The notes beneath the pieces were generated by a model, which saw only the letters and a program-made list of their open reading frames with translations, had not been told where the DNA came from and made no database searches. Below are positions 46,453 through 56,466 of a DNA stretch of 64,000 bases, one piece after another. Position 1 is the stretch's first letter; every line of letters starts with the position of its first letter. Made by a program: the position numbers and the translations under genes. The stretch comes from Pseudomonadota bacterium (GTDB lineage Bacteria; Pseudomonadota; Gammaproteobacteria; Burkholderiales; UBA9220): NCBI GenBank assembly GCA_021845865.1, contig JAJZVC010000008.1, forward strand, positions 1,137 to 65,136, written 5' to 3'.

Positions 46453-49400
46453 TCACAAAAAGTATTCGTACTGGAGCCACAGCTCCCACAGGGTATCGCC
46501 GGTGCCGGTGCCGCCCTTGGCGTTGTCGTAGCCGAAGGTGAAGCGGTCCTTGCCGATGACGCTGGTGGTGGCGCCGATGCTCAGGTTGTGCGCCGCCCCG
46601 GTGAGGGTATTGTGGCCGAAACCCACGCTGGCGAAGCTGCGCAGCTTGCGGCTGTAATGGTCGCGGTAGTAGTCGCCGTAGCCGAGGGACACGCCGTAGT
46701 ACTGGTAATTCTCCGGCAGGAAGACCTCGGCGCTGGGAGCCGTGCCGCCGGGCACCAGCCGGGCCAGGAGGGCGTCCCCCGCCCCGTCCCGCTTGAAATG
46801 CTGGGCCGCGCCCCCGAGGCGAAGGGACAGGTCCGGATACTCGAGGCGGAAGCGGTGCCCCACCTCCCAGTCCAGGCCGTGGCCCTGGGCCAGGTAATCG
46901 CGCCACTGGGAATAGTAGCGCGCCTTCCACAGCCGGGTGCGCAGGTATTCCCGCCCGCTGAAGGCGTAGTTGACGTTGCCCTCCGCCTGGTCCTTCATCC
47001 CGCCCACCCGCAGGGCCGAGGTTTCGCTGGCCATGGCGTTGTGCCGCAGGGCGGCCGACCACTGGAACCCGGCGCGGTCGGGGGAGGAGAACCCAGCCTG
47101 GGCCTCGGTGAAGGTATCGACGGCGGTGCGGCGCCCCAGCCGGGCGCTCCACTCGCCGCCGGCGCCCCGGTAGGTCAGCCTCACCCCGGACCGGCGGTCC
47201 ACCGCCGGCACGCCGGGCAAGGCCGTTTCGTCGTCGGACCCCTGGTGGACCACCGTCGCCGACGGCTCGACTTTCAGCACCGGGCTCACCCACCAGCCGA
47301 GGGTCAGGGTGCGTTCCACCCCGCTGAGCACGCCGCGGCGGAAGGGACGAACCTCCCCTTGCAGGCTGGAGGCCGTATCCATTACCAGGTTGGCAAACAC
47401 CTCGTGGGCCTGGTCGTCGTCCGGGGCGTAATCCAGGCTGGCGAAGGCCAGGGACTGGGCTTCCCGCACCCGGCCCAGGCTGCGGGCCGCCTCCACCCGG
47501 TCGAAGCGGGGAATGCCCAGGCCGCCGCCCTGCTCGAACAGGCGCTCGAGGGTATCCAGGTCGTTGTCCTTCAGGGCCAGGGACACCGCCGCCCAGCGGG
47601 GCGCCGCCAGATTGCGGGCGTAATTGCGCCACAGCCAGGCCTTGGCCGCCTCGCTCCGCTCCTGGCTGAGGGCCCAGGACAGGGCCAGTTCCTTCGCCTG
47701 GGCGGCGGTCTCGCCCTGTTCCCCCTTGTCCGCGGCGGGGCTGTCCTGGCGCAGCAGCAGGCGCAGGGCGGCCAAAGAGTCGTCGGCGGGCGCGAAGCGG
47801 GCCGCCAGCTGCACGTAGGCCGGCAGGCGCTTGTCCGGCCCCCGCGCCGCCCCTCCCTTGGCGAGGCTGGCGCGCAGCTCCCGCCAGGCGCGGTAGCGCG
47901 CCTTCCACGCCTGGTTGCCGCGTCCCGCCTGTTCCAGGGCATCGGCATAGCCCAATTGCCACAGGTAGTCGTTTTTTTGCTGGCGGGCCTCCCGCTCCAT
48001 CAGGGGCAGCGCCCGGTCGGCGCGGCCAAGGGCAAGATAAGCGGCGGCGGCCACCTTGGACAACTCCTCCTCTTTCCCCAGGCGCCCGTCCACCCGCGAA
48101 AGCCAGACGCGCAGGCGGTCGCCGTCCTGCATCTCCACCAGCAGCCACAGGTAGGCGGCGAGGATGCCGCTGTCCGCCGGCGCCAGGCTGATGGCGCGGC
48201 GGTAGTTGCGCATGGCCAGTTCCTTCTCCCCCCTCGCCTGCCGATACTGGGCACGCAGGGTCCAGTAGTAGGCCGTCCCCTCGATGCGGGAGCGCGCCTC
48301 GCGCGGAATGGCGCCGAAAATCCGCGCCATGGCGGACAAATTCTGCCGTCCCCAGGCCAGCTCCAGGGCGGAGAGCACCAGATCCGGCGTGCCGAAGCGG
48401 GCGGCCCCGCGTTCGGCCAGGACCAGCGCTTCGTCCGGATAGCGTTCCTTCAGCAAGGCCAGGAGCCGCTCGTAGGCCGTGGCATCGGCTTTTTCCCCGC
48501 TGCCCGCCGTCAGCTTGCGGTAAGCGTATTCGGCGGCCTCGTCCTGCTGCAGGCGCCAGCCCATTTCCCCCAGCAGTCCCCAGTACTCCCCCTCGCTCTC
48601 CGCCGCCTTGTCCCGGTGGCGCAGCAGCATGGCCAAGGCCTCCTCCTGACGGTCCCGGGCCAGCAGCGCCACGGCGTAGCGCACCAGGACCGGCGTCGTC
48701 ACGCCGGGGCGCCTTTCCAGGACGGCATAGGCGGCGATGGCATCGTCCAGGCGGTCGGCCCGTTCATCCAGGGCCGCCAGACGCTCCAGGAGGGCGGCAT
48801 CGCCGTTGGCCACCCGCCGCAGCAGGGCAATGGCGCCGCCGGGGTCGCCCCGGCTCTCGAAAGCGGCAATGAGGAAATCCCATTCCGCCGGAGTCAGCGG
48901 CCGGGTCGCGGCCTCGTGCTTCCAGGCGGCGAGCAGCGCCTCGTCGTCCTTGAGCCCTGGCGCCAGGCGCAGCACCCCCTGCCAGGCCTCCGCCAGGTTG
49001 TCCTCGTAGGCCAGGCGCTTCCAGGTGGCCAGGGCCTCTTCCGGCTTGCCGCCCCATTCGGCCACCTGGGCCAGGCGCTGGAGCCAGGCATGGTCGTCCG
49101 GCCTGGCCGCGACGGCCGCCTTGGCGATGCGGTAGGCATCCTTGAGATTGCGGTTGGCGAGGAACACTTCGTAGGCCAGGGTATAAATCTTCTCGTCGTA
49201 GGGCCGCAAGGCGGGGTGCTCGTCGGCCTGGGCGGCGGGCACCAGGAAATCCAGCAGGGCGGCCAGCAAGGCGCGGCGCGGCGCGGCATCGGACAGGCGC
49301 AGCAGGCGCTTGACGTAGTCCTCGGCCCGGGGCAGGTCGTTGGCGGATCGGGCCAGGTTGGCGAGGAAATACAAGGTTTCCGGGTCGTCGGCGAGGTCGC

Positions 49401-50172
49401 CCAGGTGCTTGTCCGCCGCCGCCATCGCCTGGCGCAGGAGGTTGCCGGACTGGAGGGTCTTCAGGCCGGCGAGGAAATACTCCCGCCGCAGGGAGCGGCT
49501 GGGGGCGCGGCGCTGGGCGGCGAAATACAGCTCGGCGGCAAGGGCGTAGTTGCCGTCCCCCAGGGCAAGCCGCGCCGCCTCGGCGAACCAGCGGGGAGAA
49601 ACGGTTTTCCCCTGCTCCGCCAGGCGGCGGTAGAGCTGGCCGGCGATGTCGCTCTCCCGCAACTGGGCGGCCTGCACCGCCAGCTCCTGCAGGGTGCCCT
49701 CGTCCCATCCCTCCGCCGCCATCTTCTCCATGGCCTGACGCAGGGCGGCACGTGCCTCCTCGCGCTTGCGCGGGTCGGCGGCGTAGGCCCTGGCCTGGAG
49801 AACGCGCAGGTTCATGTCCAGCACCTCGGCCCGCCGCCGCAGTTCGGGATTGTCCCCCTGGCGCCGCAGGCGGGCGAGAATCCGCCCCGCTTCGTCGAGT
49901 TCGCCCAGGAGCATTTTCTGCCGCGCCAGCTGGTATTCCAGCTCCCGGTTGTCGGGGTCGGTGCGCAGCAGATTCTTCAGGTAGCTGACGGTCAGGCTGT
50001 TTCCCTGCTGCTGGCTGCTGATCTGGGCCACCAGGGTCTGCTTGGGGAAAATCAGGGCCAGCACCAGCACGGTCCCCAGGGCCATGCCCAGCAGGGCCCA
50101 GGGGGAAAGCAGGCGCGCCCGTTCGGCGACGGGCTGGTCAGCAATCGACCTGGATCGTTGCAGCAGTTCCAT
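46453..50172 (-). CDS. pelB: PelB (TPR scaffold + C-terminal beta-barrel porin)
   Basis: The 1239-aa product has an N-terminal TM and many TPR-like repeats. The C-terminal ~400 aa has alternating beta-strand character and ends ...LWLQYEYFL with a terminal aromatic. Confidence 0.88.
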   Translation of the reverse strand: MELLQRSRSIADQPVAERARLLSPWALLGMALGTVLVLALIFPKQTLVAQISSQQQGNSLTVSYLKNLLRTDPDNRELEYQLARQKMLLGELDEAGRILARLRRQGDNPELRRRAEVLDMNLRVLQARAYAADPRKREEARAALRQAMEKMAAEGWDEGTLQELAVQAAQLRESDIAGQLYRRLAEQGKTVSPRWFAEAARLALGDGNYALAAELYFAAQRRAPSRSLRREYFLAGLKTLQSGNLLRQAMAAADKHLGDLADDPETLYFLANLARSANDLPRAEDYVKRLLRLSDAAPRRALLAALLDFLVPAAQADEHPALRPYDEKIYTLAYEVFLANRNLKDAYRIAKAAVAARPDDHAWLQRLAQVAEWGGKPEEALATWKRLAYEDNLAEAWQGVLRLAPGLKDDEALLAAWKHEAATRPLTPAEWDFLIAAFESRGDPGGAIALLRRVANGDAALLERLAALDERADRLDDAIAAYAVLERRPGVTTPVLVRYAVALLARDRQEEALAMLLRHRDKAAESEGEYWGLLGEMGWRLQQDEAAEYAYRKLTAGSGEKADATAYERLLALLKERYPDEALVLAERGAARFGTPDLVLSALELAWGRQNLSAMARIFGAIPREARSRIEGTAYYWTLRAQYRQARGEKELAMRNYRRAISLAPADSGILAAYLWLLVEMQDGDRLRVWLSRVDGRLGKEEELSKVAAAAYLALGRADRALPLMEREARQQKNDYLWQLGYADALEQAGRGNQAWKARYRAWRELRASLAKGGAARGPDKRLPAYVQLAARFAPADDSLAALRLLLRQDSPAADKGEQGETAAQAKELALSWALSQERSEAAKAWLWRNYARNLAAPRWAAVSLALKDNDLDTLERLFEQGGGLGIPRFDRVEAARSLGRVREAQSLAFASLDYAPDDDQAHEVFANLVMDTASSLQGEVRPFRRGVLSGVERTLTLGWWVSPVLKVEPSATVVHQGSDDETALPGVPAVDRRSGVRLTYRGAGGEWSARLGRRTAVDTFTEAQAGFSSPDRAGFQWSAALRHNAMASETSALRVGGMKDQAEGNVNYAFSGREYLRTRLWKARYYSQWRDYLAQGHGLDWEVGHRFRLEYPDLSLRLGGAAQHFKRDGAGDALLARLVPGGTAPSAEVFLPENYQYYGVSLGYGDYYRDHYSRKLRSFASVGFGHNTLTGAAHNLSIGATTSVIGKDRFTFGYDNAKGGTGTGDTLWELWLQYEYFL

Positions 50173-52885
50173 GGCCTATCCTGTAGCGCTTGCCGGCGGG
50201 CGCCAGCGGTTTGCCGTCGGCGCGCACGCGGCAGCCGGCGGCGTTTTCCAGCGTGAACTCCAGGGGCACGTAGCCCCGGAGGGTGAAGTCGAAGCCTTTC
50301 CCCCGTCCGCGCCAGCCTTCCACCCGGCCGTTGGCGTCGGCCAGGTAAGGATGCCGAGACGGCGCGGAGGCGAAGCGCACCGTCCCCTCCCCCGCCGCCG
50401 CGTGGACGTAGGTTTCGCCGTTATGGCGGTTGTAGCCCGCCACGCCGACGCTGGCCGCCACGTCGGGAAGTCCGAGGGAGGCGGGCGCCCGCCACTCCCG
50501 CAGGGCGCCGCCGCTCGCCACCCGCCAGCCGCCGGGAATCCGCGCCACCTGGGCGCGGTTGAAGTCCTCGGCGATGGCGATGTATTCCGAGGCATGAAGG
50601 GGTAGGGTGGGATGAGACAGGGCGTAGCGGTAGGCTTCGCCGAGGGCCTGGAGGGAAGCCCGCTTGGTGGCGGAATAGACGTGATAGTAGATGTCGATGG
50701 GTTTCAGGCGGTAGGGCCGGTCGGTGAGCTCGAAGGTATCCACCACGCTGCGGTAGCCGTAGAAGGGCCCCGTCCACAGCTCGGTGTAGACGTTCTCGTT
50801 CTGGTTCGGAGCGTAGACCTGGAAGCGCCCGCCCTTGGACAGGCCGATCGGCCCGGCCAGGGTGAGGGAGGGGCGGCTGCGGGTGAGGGTGGTGTCGCCG
50901 CCGTTCATGTTGCCGATGCCGAGCTTCGCCACCAGGGCGAGGGCCTTGCCGTCCGGGTTGCAGTCCCCGGTCCAGAGAAAAAGCTTGACCCGCTTGTCCG
51001 GCGGCGCGAGACGGCTGTTGATATAGTCCACCGAACCCAGGATTTCCTGTTCCAGGCTGAACTGGTAGCCGGGAATATTCAGGTGGTAGCCGTACTTCGC
51101 CTGGTCCGCGGACACCATGCCGGGATTCCAGTAGAAGGGGTGGGAATAGGAATGGCTGGCGATTTCCACGTAGGGCAGGGCGAAAATGCGCCGGGCGATG
51201 GCCTCCAGCTGGGGCGAGTCCTTGGGATAAAGGCCGTCCGGCGCCACCTCGCCCTGGATGATCGACACCGTGGTGGGCAGGCGGTATTTCTCCAGCACCT
51301 CGTCGAGCAGCGCCTCGCCGGCATAGGGATTCCCCGGCAGTTCCGCCCGGCTGGCGAAGCCGTCGCCGTCGATATGCGCCATCAGCAGGCGGCGGCCGTT
51401 TTCCGTGGTGGCGTCCGGCACGGGCATGGGCGGCAAGGCCAGGGCGCGGCGGAAAAATTCCACGGGATTCACCAGCCAGCGGGTGCCGTCGTCGATCGGC
51501 AGGGATTCCACCGCGTAGGGATAGAGCACGTAACCGCCCCAGGGGGCGAAGCCGGCGGCGTCCATGGCGCCGCCCTTGTCGGCGGCCAGGCGCAGCAGCA
51601 CCTCCCCTTTTTCCAGGCGCAACGGGGAAAAGCTGTCCCGGTCCGCCCGCACCTTGGCCTCGAACCCCATCGGGGGTTTGACGGCGGCCACCCTGATTTT
51701 GCCCGGCCTCGGCACGGGCGCCGCCACACGGAAGCCGAGGGCCCGGCCGGCCGGACTGTCGAGGCTGAAGCCGAAGCCATCAAGCACCGCCAGCCGCATC
51801 CCTTCCTTCACCCGCGCCGCCAGCCAATCCCCCAGCTTCGGATTGATGCCCCGCGCCCCCGCGGGCAGCCACACCACGATGCCGGCATAGCGGCCGGTCA
51901 GGACGCCTTCGGGCAAGTCCTCGCGGGCGCTGCGGAATTCGGGAACATAGCCCAGGTAATTGAGGGGCAGGGCCGCGTAGCGCAGGGCTTCAGAGTAAGT
52001 GATTTTCACGTCGTCCTGCTCGCCCTGCACTACCAGCACCTTGCGCGGCATCGCCTCCACCGCCCCGACACCGAGCATGTCCAGGTCCGGATTGGACACC
52101 CAGGGAATGAACCCCAGGGCGCGGATTTTCTCCGCCGTGGCGCGGGCATCGGCCCGTTTTTCCGGCGGCTGGTAATCGATGGCCACCACCGGCAGATGGT
52201 AATCATCCTTCACCCGCTTGAGCTGCCCCAGCAGCCACTGCCGGTCCGCTTCCGGCACCGGGCGGTAGCCCTTGGCCGACGGGTCCCAGCCGTCGAAGAG
52301 GGATTCGGCCGCCACCGCCGCCACGTCGTCGTGGACCTGGGGCAGCACCTCGAAGCCCCGGTTGAAGAACAGGCTGATGCCGGGAAAGCGCTGGCGCAGG
52401 TTATGGATCAAGCGCACCAGGCCGGCTTCCTGGCGCTGGCGCGCCTCGGGGGTGGCGGCATACAGCTGGTAGGAATCCAGGGTATCCAGGAACAGGCCGC
52501 GGTAGCCCTGCTCCCACAGGGGACGGACCACCTTTTCGGCGAGGAAATCGGCCCATTCCGGCCGCGACAGGTCCAGCACCGCGCTGCCCCAGGCGGCGTT
52601 CTGGCCCAGGAACCATTCCTTGGGAATCTGCTTGAAGTAAGGGCGCCCGGGCTCCGCCTCGCCGACGCTGACGTAGGCGAAGGCCTCGGCCTTGCCCACC
52701 GTGTTCCTGGGCGGCGCGGGGTAATGGCCGGGGTCGAGCACCACCCAATCGAAGACCTGCAGCTCGTCCCAGGGCGCGTCCGCGCCGTAGTAAAAGGCCA
52801 CCGACGCCGGGGCCGCGCCCCAGCAGGCGCTGGCGACAAGCAGCAGCGCCGCGGCGAAACCGGCGCGCAGCCAAGCTGTCAGCAA
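50138..52885 (-). CDS. pelA: PelA (glycoside hydrolase + polysaccharide deacetylase)
   Basis: A signal-like segment AGFAAALLLVASACWG is followed by VAFYYGADAPWDELQVFDWVVLDP and a deacetylase-like region (HIDGDGF...SHSYSHP). The proposed TTG start at 52885 has GGAGAG 6 nt upstream. The start is uncertain, and the track ORF runs to 53101 through pelX. Confidence 0.8.
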   Translation of the reverse strand: MLTAWLRAGFAAALLLVASACWGAAPASVAFYYGADAPWDELQVFDWVVLDPGHYPAPPRNTVGKAEAFAYVSVGEAEPGRPYFKQIPKEWFLGQNAAWGSAVLDLSRPEWADFLAEKVVRPLWEQGYRGLFLDTLDSYQLYAATPEARQRQEAGLVRLIHNLRQRFPGISLFFNRGFEVLPQVHDDVAAVAAESLFDGWDPSAKGYRPVPEADRQWLLGQLKRVKDDYHLPVVAIDYQPPEKRADARATAEKIRALGFIPWVSNPDLDMLGVGAVEAMPRKVLVVQGEQDDVKITYSEALRYAALPLNYLGYVPEFRSAREDLPEGVLTGRYAGIVVWLPAGARGINPKLGDWLAARVKEGMRLAVLDGFGFSLDSPAGRALGFRVAAPVPRPGKIRVAAVKPPMGFEAKVRADRDSFSPLRLEKGEVLLRLAADKGGAMDAAGFAPWGGYVLYPYAVESLPIDDGTRWLVNPVEFFRRALALPPMPVPDATTENGRRLLMAHIDGDGFASRAELPGNPYAGEALLDEVLEKYRLPTTVSIIQGEVAPDGLYPKDSPQLEAIARRIFALPYVEIASHSYSHPFYWNPGMVSADQAKYGYHLNIPGYQFSLEQEILGSVDYINSRLAPPDKRVKLFLWTGDCNPDGKALALVAKLGIGNMNGGDTTLTRSRPSLTLAGPIGLSKGGRFQVYAPNQNENVYTELWTGPFYGYRSVVDTFELTDRPYRLKPIDIYYHVYSATKRASLQALGEAYRYALSHPTLPLHASEYIAIAEDFNRAQVARIPGGWRVASGGALREWRAPASLGLPDVAASVGVAGYNRHNGETYVHAAAGEGTVRFASAPSRHPYLADANGRVEGWRGRGKGFDFTLRGYVPLEFTLENAAGCRVRADGKPLAPAGKRYRIGHGTAATIQVDC

Positions 52886-53796
52886 GGAGCGCTCTCCAGC
52901 AGGGACTTCAGCCCCTCCGCCAGGGGGGTGAAGGCCGTTTCGCCGAACAGCGCCCGCTGTCGGGCAATCGAGGTGGCGGAATGGCGGATATCCCCCGCCT
53001 GGGGCGCGTCGTGGACCACCGCGGCGGGTTGGCCGCCGATTTGCTCCAGGACGGCGATCAGCTCCAGCAGGCTGACGGCATGGCCGCTGCCCACGTTGCA
53101 CACGCCTGTCGCGTCATGGGACAAGGCAGCGGCGGTGATGCGGGCCACGTCGCCGACGTAGATGAAATCCCGCGTCTGCCCGCCGTCGCCGAACACATGG
53201 AGGGGTTCGCCGGCCCGGTAGCGGCCGGCGAAGCGGCTGATGACCCCGGCGTAGGGCGAAGCGGGGTCCTGGCGCGGGCCGTAGACGTTGAAATAGCGCA
53301 GACCCAGGCTGGAAAGGCCGTGGAGGCTGGCGAACAGGGCGGCGTACTGGTCGTTGACCAGCTTCTCCAGGCCATAAGGGGAGAGGGGCGACGGCGCGGA
53401 CGCCTCGTCGAGGGGCAGGGATGCCGGAACGCCATAGACGGCGGCGCTGGAAGCATAGACCAGGCGCTTGACGCCGCATTCCACGGCACTCTGGAGAATA
53501 TTGACGAAGCCAAGGATATTGGCGCGGCAGGAAAACGCCGGGTTATCCAAGGAAGCCCGCACCGAGACCTGGGCCGCCAGGTGCAGCACGGCATCCGCCC
53601 CGGCCATGGCCCGGCGCACCGAGTCCAAATCGCCGACGTCCCCCTCCACCACCCGCAACGCGGGATGAAGAGGCAGGTTTACGCGCTTGCCGGAAGAAAA
53701 ATTGTCATACACCGTGACCGTGGCGCCGCCCTCAAGCAGCTTTTCCACGGCATGGGAACCGATAAAGCCTCCACCCCCGCTGGCAAATACACGCAT
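52879..53796 (-). CDS. pelX: SDR-family UDP-sugar 4-epimerase (PelX-like)
   Basis: Contains MRVFASGGGGFIGSH (Rossmann GxxGxxG) and YGLEKLVNDQY (YxxxK). It is directly upstream of pelA with an overlapping stop and start. Confidence 0.8.
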   Translation of the reverse strand: MRVFASGGGGFIGSHAVEKLLEGGATVTVYDNFSSGKRVNLPLHPALRVVEGDVGDLDSVRRAMAGADAVLHLAAQVSVRASLDNPAFSCRANILGFVNILQSAVECGVKRLVYASSAAVYGVPASLPLDEASAPSPLSPYGLEKLVNDQYAALFASLHGLSSLGLRYFNVYGPRQDPASPYAGVISRFAGRYRAGEPLHVFGDGGQTRDFIYVGDVARITAAALSHDATGVCNVGSGHAVSLLELIAVLEQIGGQPAAVVHDAPQAGDIRHSATSIARQRALFGETAFTPLAEGLKSLLESAPC

Positions 53797-53928
53797 CGCT
53801 CTTTACCCATTTGTCATTAACCTCTTGTTTTTTATTATGGATAATACGGCATATTAGAAACCATTAAAATAGGGGCAGGGGATGATTTCCGCCTCCTTGC
53901 GGGCTCCCTTCTCCTCAAGCGACAGGAA

Positions 53929-55338
<1,410 letters not shown>

Positions 55339-55600
55339 GAGCGGTGTCCGGAAACGAAAGGGAGGGATTCTAGCGGAAAAAAAGACCCGGGAGACTCGCC
55401 GCGGACTGAAGAGGAGGAACAATCCGCGATGAATTCCCGGGGTAGGGGGTTAAACCGGTACCGGCCTTGCTCACCGATCCGATCGCTGCCCATCATAGCC
55501 AGCCATCCTTACATACGCCTGACGCGCGGGGGCACGGCTTCCGATTCGCGGCGGTCCATGGTACCTTTAGGCCAAAGCCATAAGACACGGGGAACGCGGC

Positions 55601-56296
55601 ATGTTTGCTGACAACAGTGCAAAGGGGCGGGGAAACTCCGATCAGGAGGAGTTCCCCTATCACCATCCGGGGCAGGGATCCCTGTTTCCGGAAGATACCT
55701 ATCTGCAACGCCAGGAAGAAGGCCTGCGCCCCATCCACTACCTCATGGGCGCCGTGCTGGTCGTCGCCATGCTGGGCGTGCTGGGCGTGGGCTACTACTA
55801 CCAGAGCAGCATGAAAAAGCTCACCTCCCCGCCGGAAGCGCCGGCGCCCGCGGCATCGAGCGCCCCGCCGCCAGAACAGCCCGCCGCGTCGCCCCCATCT
55901 TCCGCGCCCGAAAAAACCGCGCCGGCGGCAGCCGTTCCTCCCGCCGCGCCGGACAAGAAGCCCGGCAAGCCCGCCCCGGCGGCGCCTGAAAAAACGGCGG
56001 CCAAACCCGCCCCGGCCCCCGGCGAAACGGTGTATTTTCTCCAGCTCGCGGCCTTCAAGGACCCCAGGGAAACCGCCCAGCTGTGCCGCAAGGTGGAGGC
56101 TTTCGGTTTCCGCTGCTATTTCGGCAACGTCAAGACCGCCGACGGCCTCTACTGGCGCCTGCGCCTGGGCCCCTACGCCGCCCAGAGCGAGGCCGAGGCC
56201 GATCTCGCCAAGCTGAAGGGCAAGGGATTCGACGGCCGCCTCATTCCCTTGAAGAAGTCGGGGGTCAAGCCCCCCCTCCAGCTGCCGGCAAGGTAA
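55601..56296 (+). CDS. SPOR-domain protein with membrane anchor and Pro/Ala-rich linker
   Basis: One TM segment (LMGAVLVVAMLGVLGVGYY), a PAAP-rich spacer, and a C-terminal SPOR (YFLQLAAFKDPRETAQLCRKVEAFGF...WRLRLGPY). Confidence 0.8.
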   Translation: MFADNSAKGRGNSDQEEFPYHHPGQGSLFPEDTYLQRQEEGLRPIHYLMGAVLVVAMLGVLGVGYYYQSSMKKLTSPPEAPAPAASSAPPPEQPAASPPSSAPEKTAPAAAVPPAAPDKKPGKPAPAAPEKTAAKPAPAPGETVYFLQLAAFKDPRETAQLCRKVEAFGFRCYFGNVKTADGLYWRLRLGPYAAQSEAEADLAKLKGKGFDGRLIPLKKSGVKPPLQLPAR

Positions 56297-56466
56297 TTCC
56301 CGGCCATGCCCGGCTGCCGCGTTGGCAGCCGGGTTTCCATCCCTTGCCCGGCAAGGCTCGTGGACGGCCCGTCCCAAAATCGCGAGGCGGAAGGCAAACT
56401 CGTGTACCATCAGTGCCTGCGTCTTCGCCGCCACCGGCGGCATCAGGTCCCCCAAGCAACCGTTCC

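Noticed and set aside
45931-50256. A 1441-aa ORF on the plus strand, the longest in the track
   Set aside because: It is antisense to pelB/pelC. Its composition is Gly/Ala/Pro/Arg/Gln-rich and low-complexity with no motifs, whereas the minus strand encodes recognisable PelB TPR/porin and a PelC lipoprotein. This is a typical high-GC shadow ORF.
50612-53161. An 849-aa plus-strand ORF
   Set aside because: It is antisense to pelA/pelX.
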